Source: Callorhinchus milii (Eukaryota). From it: a stretch of 64,000 bases of DNA. Below are positions 13,824 to 24,458 of this stretch, one piece after another; the stretch's first letter is position 1, and every line of letters starts with the position of its first letter. The translations under genes were made by a program, and so were the position numbers. The stretch is from positions 100,876,001-100,940,000 of the forward strand of contig NW_024704743.1 in assembly GCF_018977255.1 (NCBI RefSeq), in the 5' to 3' direction. The notes beneath the pieces were generated by a model. The model ran no database searches, had not been told where the DNA came from, and saw nothing but the letters and a program-made list of their open reading frames with translations.

Positions 13824-14265
13824 AATAATAATCCTTGAATTTTTGATATAGCGCCTTATCGGGACGTCCTCAGCGCCTTGGGACGTCCTCCTGACGTGAA
13901 AGGCGCTCTATAAATGGAATCTTGTTGTTGTTGTTGTTGTTATCAAGTCATTGAGACATCTCAAAGTGCTTCACAGGATATACTGCAAAATAGATTGTGT
14001 ATTTTGTGGGCAAAACATGGCAGCCAATTGCCATTGCACCCAGCAGTATCCCACAAACAGTGGCCAAATATTAGTTTTTTTTGAAGGGCTTATTACCCTG
14101 GAAAGCGAGCTGCCAATGGATTAACAATGGTGCTCCTACTTACTGATAGGTGAACAGAGGATATGGAGTAAGGAAACTTGCCTATGGTTTCACCCTGCCC
14201 AGGAATTGAACCTGGGTCCACTTGCTTGCGAAGCGAGCGTGCTAATAACCACTCTTCAGGACTCC
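13824..14265 (-). mobile_element. tRNA-Ala SINE, long form, interrupted by a + strand L2 tail (13861-13939)
   Basis: SINE tail and head present; the insert gggacgtcctc...(ttg)n is flanked by TTATC on both sides. Confidence 0.85.
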
Positions 14266-15292
14266 ACCTACGAATCAATGGCTGAAATCATTTTGATGAA
14301 ATTAATTTCAGTAGCACTCTGCTTCATTTCCTCCAATCCTTCAGTGTCCCCTTTCAGTTCTCACCCATCTCCTTGGTCAATATGGAAATGAAGAATGCAG
14401 GACATGTACTCAGGTTAAATACAATTGGAAATTGAACACAGTTTTTCAATTTTGCTCAACCAGCAGTGAAATTAAGATATAACGTATTAGAACCACAAGA
14501 ATAAAAAAAATGACTACATTTAACTCAGCAAACTTTCCATTTTAGAAAAATCAGATTTTATTATAATGGTGGCTATTTGTTCTAGTGAGTATTATTAATT
14601 TTAACAAAAAATATGATGTGGTGAAAAGCTACCATTAACTAATGCGAACTGCATCAGTGCATTATTGCAAAGTTTCCTCAAAGGCAATCATCAAAGCTAA
14701 ATGCAGCTGCTTAATTTTCTTATTACATTTGTCTCTTCATTTCCTCACTCTTGTATTATTTTGCAAAGGTAATGGTGGACCAGCAGTCAGTTGTAAGGCA
14801 TCTGCTAATGTCACTCTGTGATTAGTTGCTAAATCCACAAGAGAAAGTATTTTAGCACTTCGAGATGGGCTGACTTGAGACTGCATCAAATTTACAACAC
14901 ACCGCTCATCAAACCACACACCATGACAAAGTGCCAGCAGGCTCACTTCAGAAACTTTACTTTTAATTGTCCGCTCTCATCCTGTAACCCATTGTTTTGA
15001 AGTAGTTATGATAAAATAAGCAGAATCAGATACATAGAGACTATCATTACATGTAGAAAATTGGAGGTTTCAACAAAGCACTGAATGACTCAAAATATTG
15101 CAATTTGAGTCTTAACTGCTCGTGATGTTTTATTTCTTTAAAGTACTTAAAACTGAGACTCGCAAAGTAATTATCTATTTCCTTTTCCCACTTTTCTCTG
15201 TACGTCCTCCTTCAGCTCATATTGGGGTACACTTTAAGGCCAATACATATTCATTGCCTACTTACAGCCACTTTCAACAGGTGTCACTAAAT

Positions 15293-15685
15293 AGTAATAA
15301 TAATCCTTGCATTTGATAAAGTGTCTTTCACATCAAGAGGGCATTTCAAAGTGCTTCACAGGATCTACTGCAAATTGTAGTGACTGCATATTTTGTAGGC
15401 GAACAAACAGACATAAATTGAACTTTATCTGGCAGCCTGCTGGACAAGATACCAGGAGAAAGTCCCTTCTCTTTTTGAATTGAGTCATGGAACCTTTAAC
15501 ATCCATCTGAAAGACAAATTAGACCTCAGCTTGTTCGAAGGACGGTTCCTCTAAAAACAGTACTCCCCTAGCATTGCACAGCATTGGAGTGTCAGCCTAG
15601 ACCACGTGACTTCAAAGACACAATTTGAACCCACAACCTTCTGATTCAGAGGTGAGAGTGTTACCAATTGATCCAGGCTGACACT
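15293..15685 (-). mobile_element. DeuSINE/SacSINE1-like SINE, near full length
   Basis: Tail, central block (catggaacctttaacatccatctga; ttggagtgtcagcctag) and head (gaacccacaaccttctgattcagagg). Confidence 0.8.
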
Positions 15686-17988
15686 AATTCGAGACTTGTC
15701 ATAGAAACTATGGAATTTATTTCCTCCTTTTCCTCGGGAGGCTAAGTAAACCCCCTCTTTGTGCAGGGATTTGATGTATCTATGCCTTGGGACGTTCTTC
15801 CGATGTGAAAGGTGCTATATAAATGCAATTTGTTGTTGTATCCCTACTCCTACCCTAGGTTAATCTATTTAACTGCACAAGGCAAGAAACTAGATTTACT
15901 GCTGTGCTGACTTTAACGCTTCATCACGTGTTGTATTTATCCACTCAGCCATTCGGGCTCTGCATTTTGTTCATCCCTGGTACTGAAAGAATGTAGTCCT
16001 CGATTCTGCACAGTGTAGATTAGATTGAGTATCTGGGTCATTCTGTACAGCCACAACAACATCTGTTTATTGGCCTCCATGAATGCCAGTCTGTAGTACT
16101 CTGCTATGAGCTAGCAAAGATTATTTTGATTGCTGGACTTCAATCTTTCTTTCCTGTAAAGAAACGCCTGGCCTCCATTCTACACTGACAGTGACAAGAC
16201 CGAAAGATCACTGTGTGGGGCAGATGGTGGGAGGGGGTCAAGGTGCAATTATTTGCCGCAGTTCTTTTGTTCAAACATCCTGTATGCTGATTTTCCACAC
16301 AGGACAAGCTCTAGCAAGTACAGAACAGAGCTAAAGGCAAGCAATCACTTTGGAAGAATCCATGGTTGCACAAACATTCTTTATCCATACTATTTATACC
16401 AGCCATCTGAAACCATTCTTTGCTCTGATTGTGTTCTCCCTACATTGGAAGCTCCACCACAGATTTTTCTCTTTGTTCTCTGTTCTTTTCTTGGCAGTCT
16501 CTAGTCAATGGAAATTACAGTAATTGTGATCAACAGTAATTACAATGCTGTGATTGCAGATTGCAATTGTCCCGAATGCCACACACAGAAAAAGCAAAGC
16601 AAGCTTTCCGGCTCCATTCGGCAACGGTTTCAATCTCAAAAGTTGGGAGCCCACAGAACTGATTGGCAAAAGAAGGTCCTCTTTAAAACAGTTACTGCTC
16701 AGCAAATGAGAGCAAGTTACCAACAGATAATTGTGAGAACCAGGGCAGATTCATTACACGCAAAATCACGTTATGCCCCATTGGAGCGTCCAACCACCTA
16801 TATTTTATGACATTGCTGAAGCACTAATTTTCTATAAACTTTGAAAAAGTTAGGTTTGAAAGCAAATCTCTTAATCGATTATAAATATACAGTAGGTGGT
16901 AAATGGTGTTCAGGCATCTCCTGTATTATTCTACATTATTCAGCTGCACATATCAGTGTCAGAGGCACATCAATAATTGCCTGAAAAGAATGTAGTTCAT
17001 TCACTGCACATAGTGGGTTGTAAACAAAAACAATTATTCACTGTACTCAAGAAATGGTTTAAATGTGTGGTCATTCACTTCATGGCTGTTTGTGGTACTA
17101 ATTGGATATCACTAATTGGATGTCAATGTTAACCTACAGTCACTAACTTTACAGTAAATCCTGTGAAACATCCTCCTGACATAAAGTGCAAGGATTATTA
17201 CTTTAATTATTTGTACAGAATAAGCTCCTGCAGCAGTTAGCAATATACGTAACAAAACCAAATTGTATCTAAACCTGTGGCCACAATTCCAAAATATGAC
17301 GCTTAATATAATTCACTATCAAGGAATGAAACTGTGAAGTTTTTTTAATATAAATGTAGCAATTGTGGCAGACCTGCATGACTTGATTTTAAACAGGCTC
17401 TTGCTTTGATACAATGTAGCTGCATATGTACAACTGGAATATATTTTTATTGTAGGACTGTACTCCATTTTGCCCTTCTCAACATTATCGTTTGATTGCA
17501 TAGTGGATTCTCAGGAAAAAAATGCAAAATCAATTGCTAGTGTGAGTCACAAAATCATAGCACAACTAAGGCACTCAGAGGTCATTTACTTAGAGTTTTT
17601 ACACACAGAATCCTGCATCAAGAACCTCCAGCGTCATCTCAAAATACACCAAATCAAAATAAACATTGCCAAGCACTTCATCCCAGATTACTCTTTGTGG
17701 TTGCAATAAGTAGGCTCACAAGGAGCTTTCCATTCCCATCTCTAATCTTCACTGCCCACAGCACTGTTCTCAGGAATACTGGATGAAATTGAAAACATAT
17801 GCCTGATGAGACATGGTCAAAAAAAGTAGCCACCATTTACAACATATTGTACTGTATAAAACTTAACTTGATGTTAAGGCTATAAATTCACTATATACTT
17901 AAAAGATAATCTAGCAGAATATCAAAAGAAATACCTGCAGAATATTACCTTCTTGTACAGTGTGGAGTATAAATGGACTATGAAAGCC

Positions 17989-19030
17989 AACAACAATAAC
18001 AAAATTACATATGTATAGTGCCTTTCACGTCGGGAGGACATCCATCCCGCTGGACGGTCAGAGTTTCAGTCCGGAGCTGAGGGTTGGGATCGGGGAGGGT
18101 GGAGGACAGGTGGGGAAGGAGGGTGATTGAAAGCATGGTCGAAGAGGAAGGTCTTGAGACAGGTCTTGAAGGAGGCAAGGGAGTGGGCGAGGTGGAGGGA
18201 CTGCGGATGGAGTTCCAGAGGGTGGGGGCAGAGCGGCAGAATGCCCGCTCTCCAATGGTGAGGCGGGCGAGGCAGGGTACGTGAAGCAGGCTGGAGCCCG
18301 CTGAGCGGAGGGAGCAGGCAGGATGGTAGGTGGTTAGGAGGTTGCAGGGGTAGGAGGAGCAAGATTTGAAGGTGGAGACCAGGATCTCGAACTGTATTCT
18401 CTGTTGATGGGAAGCCACTGGAGTAGGCAAGGATGGGGGTGATAGGGTCACGGAACCTGGTGCAAGAGAGGAGACAGGCGCAGAGTTCTTGAGATGATCT
18501 CAGCCTATGGAGGGAGGAGCTGCAGAAGCCGACAAGCAAGGAGTTTGCATAGTCAAGCAAGTCCCCAAGGTTCTGGACTGGCTCAGTGAGGTGGAGTGTA
18601 CAACCGTGGATGGTGATGCTGTCAGCGCCTGAGGTGAGGAGGCGCTGACGGACGCCAATCAGGAGAGCCTCGGTCTTGTTGACGTTCAACTGAAGAAAGT
18701 TAGCTCTCATCCAGGACTTGATGTCTGACAGACATTCTGTCAGGACAGCAGTGGTCCTGGAGACAACGGTGGAGGCAGAGAGATAGAGTTGGGTGTCATC
18801 CGAATACATGTGGAATTTGACCCCATGTCTGTGGATGATGTCACCAAGAGGGAGCATATAGATATTGAAGAGGAGGGAACTAAGGAGAGAGACCTAAGGA
18901 ACGCCGCACAAGACAGTGCGGGGGCTAGAGGAGAAGCTGTTCGTGGAGATGAAGTAGTGGCGGTGCGAGAGGTACGATATGAACCAGTCAAGGACAGAGC
19001 CATGAAGGTTGAGGTGAGAGGTGGTGGAAA
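17989..19030 (-). mobile_element. L2 LINE ORF2 3' part (RT) with internal deletion
   Basis: [26 protein letters not shown]...[22 protein letters not shown]...[15 protein letters not shown]; tail gacgtgaaaggcactata. Confidence 0.93.
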
Positions 19031-19047
19031 TAGTTTATTTACATAAA

Positions 19048-19121
19048 TCCACAACATCGCCCAGCTCCGCCACTGTCTCACACTGCAAGCCACCGAAACC
19101 CTCATACACACATTCATTACA
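19048..19121 (+). mobile_element. Inverted L2 ORF2 fragment
   Basis: Encodes HNIAQLRHCLTLQATETLIHTFIT, part of the segment missing from the adjacent minus-strand L2. Confidence 0.75.
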
Positions 19122-19168
19122 TTGTGGCGGTGGAGGAGAGGAAACCCAAAGCAAGATCATGGTTCCTT

Positions 19169-19406
19169 ACAAAATGCAAAATGCTGCAAATGCTGGAGTT
19201 CTGAAATAAAAACAGAAGTCGCTGGGAACATTCAGCAGGTCAGGCAGCATCCATGGAGAGAGGAAGGGGAGTTAATGTTTCAGGTCGATAATCTATCATC
19301 AGAACTCCTGACAAAAGATTATCGACCTGAAACATTAACTTGCTTTCCTCTCTCCATAGATGCTGCCTGAACTGCTGAGTGCTCCCAGGAACTTCTGTTT
19401 TTATTT
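19169..19406. mobile_element. Penelope-like element terminal repeats in inverted arrangement
   Basis: About 100-bp arms: aaataaaaacagaagt...cagcaggtcaggcagcatc...gttaatgtttcaggtcgataatct and its reverse complement; each arm has a hammerhead-like core. Confidence 0.75.
19270..19306 (-). ncRNA. Decayed minimal hammerhead ribozyme motif
   Basis: Reverse complement reads AGTT-CTGATGA-T-AGATT-ATC-GACCT-GAAA-CA-T-T-AACT; core and stem I intact, stem II mismatched, ACGT palindrome replaced by ACAT. Confidence 0.5.
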
Positions 19407-20239
19407 AATGGCTCCCAACTCTTACTAAATTTAAAATCACCACTAAAATCAGCATTAGGAACCTCATCTCTTTAGTGCAGGATTACAAGATTGTATCCCA
19501 CTGACACTGGTTCAAGCTCTGTTGCTGAGCAGACTGCCAGGATACAAAGATTCACTTTTTTTTCTATTTGCCATTTGGGAGACCAACAAACTAAACTGTT
19601 CATAGTACGCCCAGGGCACACTCCTGGTCAGAGCACAATCGTTAAAGTGTCTGCATCAATATAAATGTGCAGAGTCAAAGGCAACCAATGACCCTGTACT
19701 ACAGGCATTATTTCCAACATCTGTAGTGAATTACTGTGCACTGAATGGACGATCCGATCAACGGTATCTAAAGCACCAACATCTTCAGCTAAATAGCAAT
19801 TCAAAATACAGCAAACTGTCACTGCTGTATCATATTATTATCCTGCGACATTCATAATGCAGGGAATTCTATTTCAGAGACTTGGGAGGGAAAAATATGA
19901 CTATCTCTGCATATTTATGCTGAGAGTGAGCACATTATGAGCACAAATAAGATGTTTCTAAATCCTAAACCCCCCACCCGCTCATGGCTGTAATAAACTA
20001 TATTCCCAAGAGGATACAGCCACTGGTGGATGCTAAAAGCTGTTACTGTAAAAAAAAATCAATATATTTGCACAAATGAAAATGTATTCTGCAAATATAT
20101 TCAAAACTAGAATATGGAGATAAAATGATACAATACATAAAATGGCCATTATATAAAATGTACTGAATAGACAAGACAATAGAAGGGGAATTTTAAAGCA
20201 TTTTTTCTTTTATTGTTGATCTTACTTTGGATTAACAAG

Positions 20240-20545
20240 CAGTGCAACGCTGGAGGAGTGTTGCATTGTCAGAGGTGCTGTCCTTCAGATGAGACGTTAA
20301 ACTGAGGTCTCATCTGCCTGTTGAAGAGGACATTAGAGATCCCAAGCAACTATTTCAAAAGTGAAGTTTTGGGCATTGAACATTCACTTCATGGTTGTTT
20401 GTGCAACATTGCTGTGCACAAATTGCCTACCTCATTCACCTATAAATCCACAATCACAACACTTTACAGTAATTCCTGTGAGCACTTTGAGATGTTTCAA
20501 TGATATGATAAGGCATTATTCCAAATGCAAGGTTATTGTGATATT
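20240..20545 (+). mobile_element. DeuSINE-like SINE without head
   Basis: ggagtgttgcattgtcagaggtgctgtccttcagatgagacgttaaactgagg central domain plus tail. Confidence 0.75.
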
Positions 20546-22289
20546 ATAACACCTTAACACAGTGCAGCACAGCAAATTACCCTCAAGTGCGCTTTGGAAA
20601 ACAGCTATTGTATACTAGGAAAATCCCACGAATAACATGAAGCAAGAAAGAATGTCTCATAAGTGTTGAGCTCAAGAACGAATGTGACGTCTGCACCCAC
20701 AACCTTCTGTTCCAGAATTGAGAGTGCTAGTAAATGAGCCTGGCTGACAGGCAATACTTGTGTGCTATTACCCATGCCAATAACAACAACAATTTGCATT
20801 TATATAGCATCCTTCACACAGATAGCATTCGGCAACAAGCAGCAAATGACACTGGATTTTCACTTGTAAGAACTTTTCAGCAGTTATTCTTCATTGTTAA
20901 AATTCAAGATGAATTGTATCCTGAAAACATTTCTTTCTTCCACCCGCAGGGTGTTTAGATTTCTTATTGACCTTATTCCTCCAGTCATATTTCGTTCTGA
21001 AAACAGAAGAAGGGTGGATTGCTCCAGAACAGTGGCATCGCTCTAACGAATGCCTGCAGTACTATTGAACAGTGGTTCACCTACTCAACCCAAAAAATAG
21101 GAATGACAGACAACTTAAAATGTCAGTTAGCATTTGAGATAAAACTTGAGAACCTCTAGCAACGAGGCCAATGTTCCACCACAAAATACTTAAAGCACAA
21201 GTTTTACAGAGCTTGAAACTTGGAGCACACTTGGTTTAAAAATACATAAGCTTTTAGTACTGTACATTTTCAGAAAAGAGATGCTCATTCAGTGAGCTTA
21301 TGCCATTTAATAAATAAAAATCACAATATAAATGCACTAGGATATGTATCCAGGACTCATTGCAGGAACAGCAGACGTGCCAGTTATTGATCAGAAACAG
21401 GACATGTTTCTTGATGCCTACAAAGTAACTGAAGTATTAGCATTGAATTCTGCTCAAGTCAAAGTGCTACTTGTGAAATAATGCATTATTATTGCAGATA
21501 AGGTACAGGGTTCCTTTTTGGGGTGGGGGGGGAAGAAAAAGATTATTTCTAATGATAACATCTTCAAGGTTCACAAATTAAAATGTACCACATTAAATAC
21601 AACAGCAGCAATGCATTTAGTAGGGCTCTTCTTGAGGAGTAGTGTTTCGAATCACTTAAAATACCTGCTGAATAGCAGATAAAAGACAGTCTCTTTAATT
21701 TCTTTCATTTACGACTATTGATGCTGCCTTGATGTTACATCTGTGGACAATCTGGCACCGAGGGAACATTAGGGTATAAAATGACCCTTTTAGTGAGCTG
21801 CTGGATGAGCTCATCTGTACTCTTTCCAAATATCCATTAAAAAGCAAGCCATTTGACAAACTAAATGAACCGCGATAGTCAACAAAAAATAGGGAGAACA
21901 TTCAATGTCTGACTTTCAAAAAAAATCCTATCTTTTTTTTGAGAGGGAATAAACTGGCAAACAGGTTGATATGCAACACTCTATTTATCCTGCAGTTAGC
22001 ACTTCATCACTATGTCCATTTGGAAGACAATTCAGAAATAAATTCCGGTTACTACATTTCCCAACATCTAGAAAAATGAGCTTTCAAATAACAAGAATAT
22101 AACTCACACAATAGCACTACAAGTCCAATGGCAGCAATGTTTTACTCTGGACAAAGGAGCATAAAACAATATTACCATTGGTATATCATTTTGATTCTTT
22201 AAGAATAGTTAGGAAACCTGAAATGTGTGACCAAAATATCATGCAAAACAATTTTATAATAACTAAGTTACGGGGAGAGGCTAATGGGA

Positions 22290-22655
22290 AATGCATATAC
22301 TGGGAAAGAGATGGTTCAGGGAAGATCTTGAAATATTATAAGATCTCAATGGATATAGAGGATCATAAGATGTTTAACATGGTCCCAGATTCTACAACTA
22401 GGGGCCAAGGACATAGGATCAGAAGAAAATAGACAGTCGTGATTTCATCACTTCATGCAGAACAGTGAACATGTGGAATAGGCTGCTATCTGTGGAGGCA
22501 GTGGAAATGGACTGAGCTAGCAAATTTAAAAGAGAATTTGATAGCTACTTTGAGAAGAAATCAATTTGAGTGTATGAGAGATAAGAGTGCTGTGTATTTT
22601 TGTTTGGCAGCCAGACAGATCCCAATGGTCTTTTACACGTCTGTACTTTACAATG
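22290..22655 (+). mobile_element. CR1 3' end, decayed
   Basis: acaactaggggccaaggacatagg, gtgaacatgtggaataggctg, aaatttaaaagagaatttgatag. Confidence 0.7.
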
Positions 22656-22820
22656 TTGCTATGTGTGGCACTAACTCCAGGCTTATTGTCAGCAAGCGTC
22701 TGCCATCTTCAGTTCCATTTCTCATTTTCCCGCCCAGGGATCATGATCTAAGTCTACCCCTAAGGTAACTCAGGAAGAAACTATTAAACACATGCAAACA
22801 AGAGAGAAAAAAATACTCAC

Positions 22821-23140
22821 TGAACGAACTGAGCTCCTACAATGCTGGATAAACTGGTAGATTTTTTTAAAAATTAACTTGTTAAAACAAATCTTGAAAG
22901 CCTTTTTTGATTCCAGCATGTTTAACATGCTGTAGGAGGGCAGGGGTTGCACCCAGAAAACAATCTTGCACCAAGGGTTTTAACAAGAAAAAGAAAGGTT
23001 GGTTTTATTATTTTGATAAGAAAGCTATGACTTTTTACAGCCATCTTCTACAGAGCTTCTCTCGCTCTCTCGACAGCTATATATATATCAGCCAATTAGC
23101 AGCTAATTAGGGCTGAATTTCAACCAACGCTGATTGGAGA
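22821..23140 (-). promoter_or_regulatory. Candidate alternative promoter and first exon
   Basis: CCAAT motifs near 23092 and 23133, TATA-like run at 23078-23088, donor TCA|GTGAGT at 22821/22820; same strand as the CpG-island exon. Confidence 0.4.
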
Positions 23141-23424
23141 CCAGCTACAGAGGTTGAGGCACCTTTTTTTAAACAAATAAAAAAAACACACGCTCCTTTG
23201 CACATAAGTGGAGAGTCTAGATTTATAGAAAGCAACAACAGGGTTTATTCCCTCTGTCACACATGCACATTACAAACAACTGAACATCCCTCAGGTAGAT
23301 TCAAATCCCATTAACAATGACAGTCAAATGCCACACTTCTACAGTCGTTGGAAATTCTCTTGTGATGTTGAGTCATCTGATTTTCTCTCACTTGCTCCAT
23401 AATTTGTTTTAAGCAAATCAGTGT

Positions 23425-23482
23425 TAAGGTGTTCAGGTCACAGTCTCCATTGGAGGTGTAGATTTGAATCCCACTCCTGACA
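23425..23482 (+). pseudogene. tRNA-Leu(CAG) remnant, 5' truncated
   Basis: taaggtgttcaggtcacagtctccattggaggtgtagatttgaatcccactcctgaca aligns to vertebrate tRNA-Leu-CAG (..TAAGGCGCTGCGTTCAGGTCGCAGTCTCCCCTGGAGGCGTGGGTTCGAATCCCACTCCTGACA) with CpG decay. Confidence 0.8.
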
Positions 23483-23682
23483 GAAATTACTTATTTGATG
23501 GAGAAGATAATAGAGGCATATAGGAGAGGGGAACAGCAAAGGTGGGGCCTCCTGTGGAGTACAAAAACTAGCATCGGCTATTTGGGCCAAATGGACTCCT
23601 TCCGTTCCCTACCATTCAATGAAACAACAGCCCCATCCACAGGCCAACCTTGAGTTCATTTGAAGAGAGGCGGAATGACTCA

Positions 23683-23792
23683 CGTTGACTCACTTTCCTT
23701 TCTCTTTAGATGCTGCCTGACCTGCTGAGTGTTCCCAACAACTTCTGTTTTTGTTTTCAGATTTCCAGCATCTGCAGTATTTTGTGTTTTGT
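23683..23792 (+). mobile_element. Penelope-like terminal repeat, partial (ribozyme core lost)
   Basis: acgttgactcactttcctttctctttagatgctgcctgacctgctgagtg...tttccagcatctgcagtattttg; same family as 19169 and 59834. Confidence 0.75.
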
Positions 23793-24207
23793 ACCATACA
23801 TGGGAAACTTTTTTCTTTTATGTTAAATTTACTTAAACTCCACAGAAAATTGTAAGATCAAGGCTATTTATTTATAAACTTGTGATTTCTCCCTCTCCTA
23901 TCTAATCCATTTGCCTACAAAATACACAGTCATTGCACTTCACAGTAAATCCTGTGAAGTGCTTAGGGACATCCTCCCAGCATGAAATGCAAGAATTTTA
24001 AGATTATTGGCAGTTTTCCTATCAGAAAGATGAACAACATCAAGCCACAGATCTTGCCACATTGCAAATCCAATACACAGTTTAAGTTTCTAATCAACAA
24101 TGCTTTGTATTATATCTTCAAAAGAAGTACAACAAAAGAGAATATTAAATGAGAAAACTTCAGTAAAAGAGTGATAGACATGTGGAACTGACTATCAGCA
24201 CAAATAG

Positions 24208-24458
24208 GAGTCCTGTAGCTCAGTGGCTGGAGCACTCGCCTCACAAGCGAGAGACCTGGATTTGATTCCCGGCAGGACGAAACCATGGGCAAGTTTCCTT
24301 ACTCCACACGCCTGATAATAATCCCTCAAGAAAAAAAACAACCACAAAATTGGTCACTTCAATCCATGACTATTTGTGGATACTGCTGTGCGCAATTGGC
24401 TGCTGCATTTGAAAATGTGAAAAGCACTATATCAAATGCAAGAATTATTATTATTATT
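24208..24458 (+). mobile_element. tRNA-Ala SINE, short form, internally deleted, TSD AAATAG
   Basis: gagtcctgtagctcagtgg head, (att)n tail, AAATAG on both flanks. Confidence 0.9.

Noticed and set aside
16508..16810. 100-aa ORF in unique sequence
   Set aside because: No recognisable domain or splice context; length compatible with chance
18066..18857. 263-aa RT-like ORF as a functional gene
   Set aside because: Truncated, deleted and frameshifted L2 ORF2; catalytic motif reads YSDD
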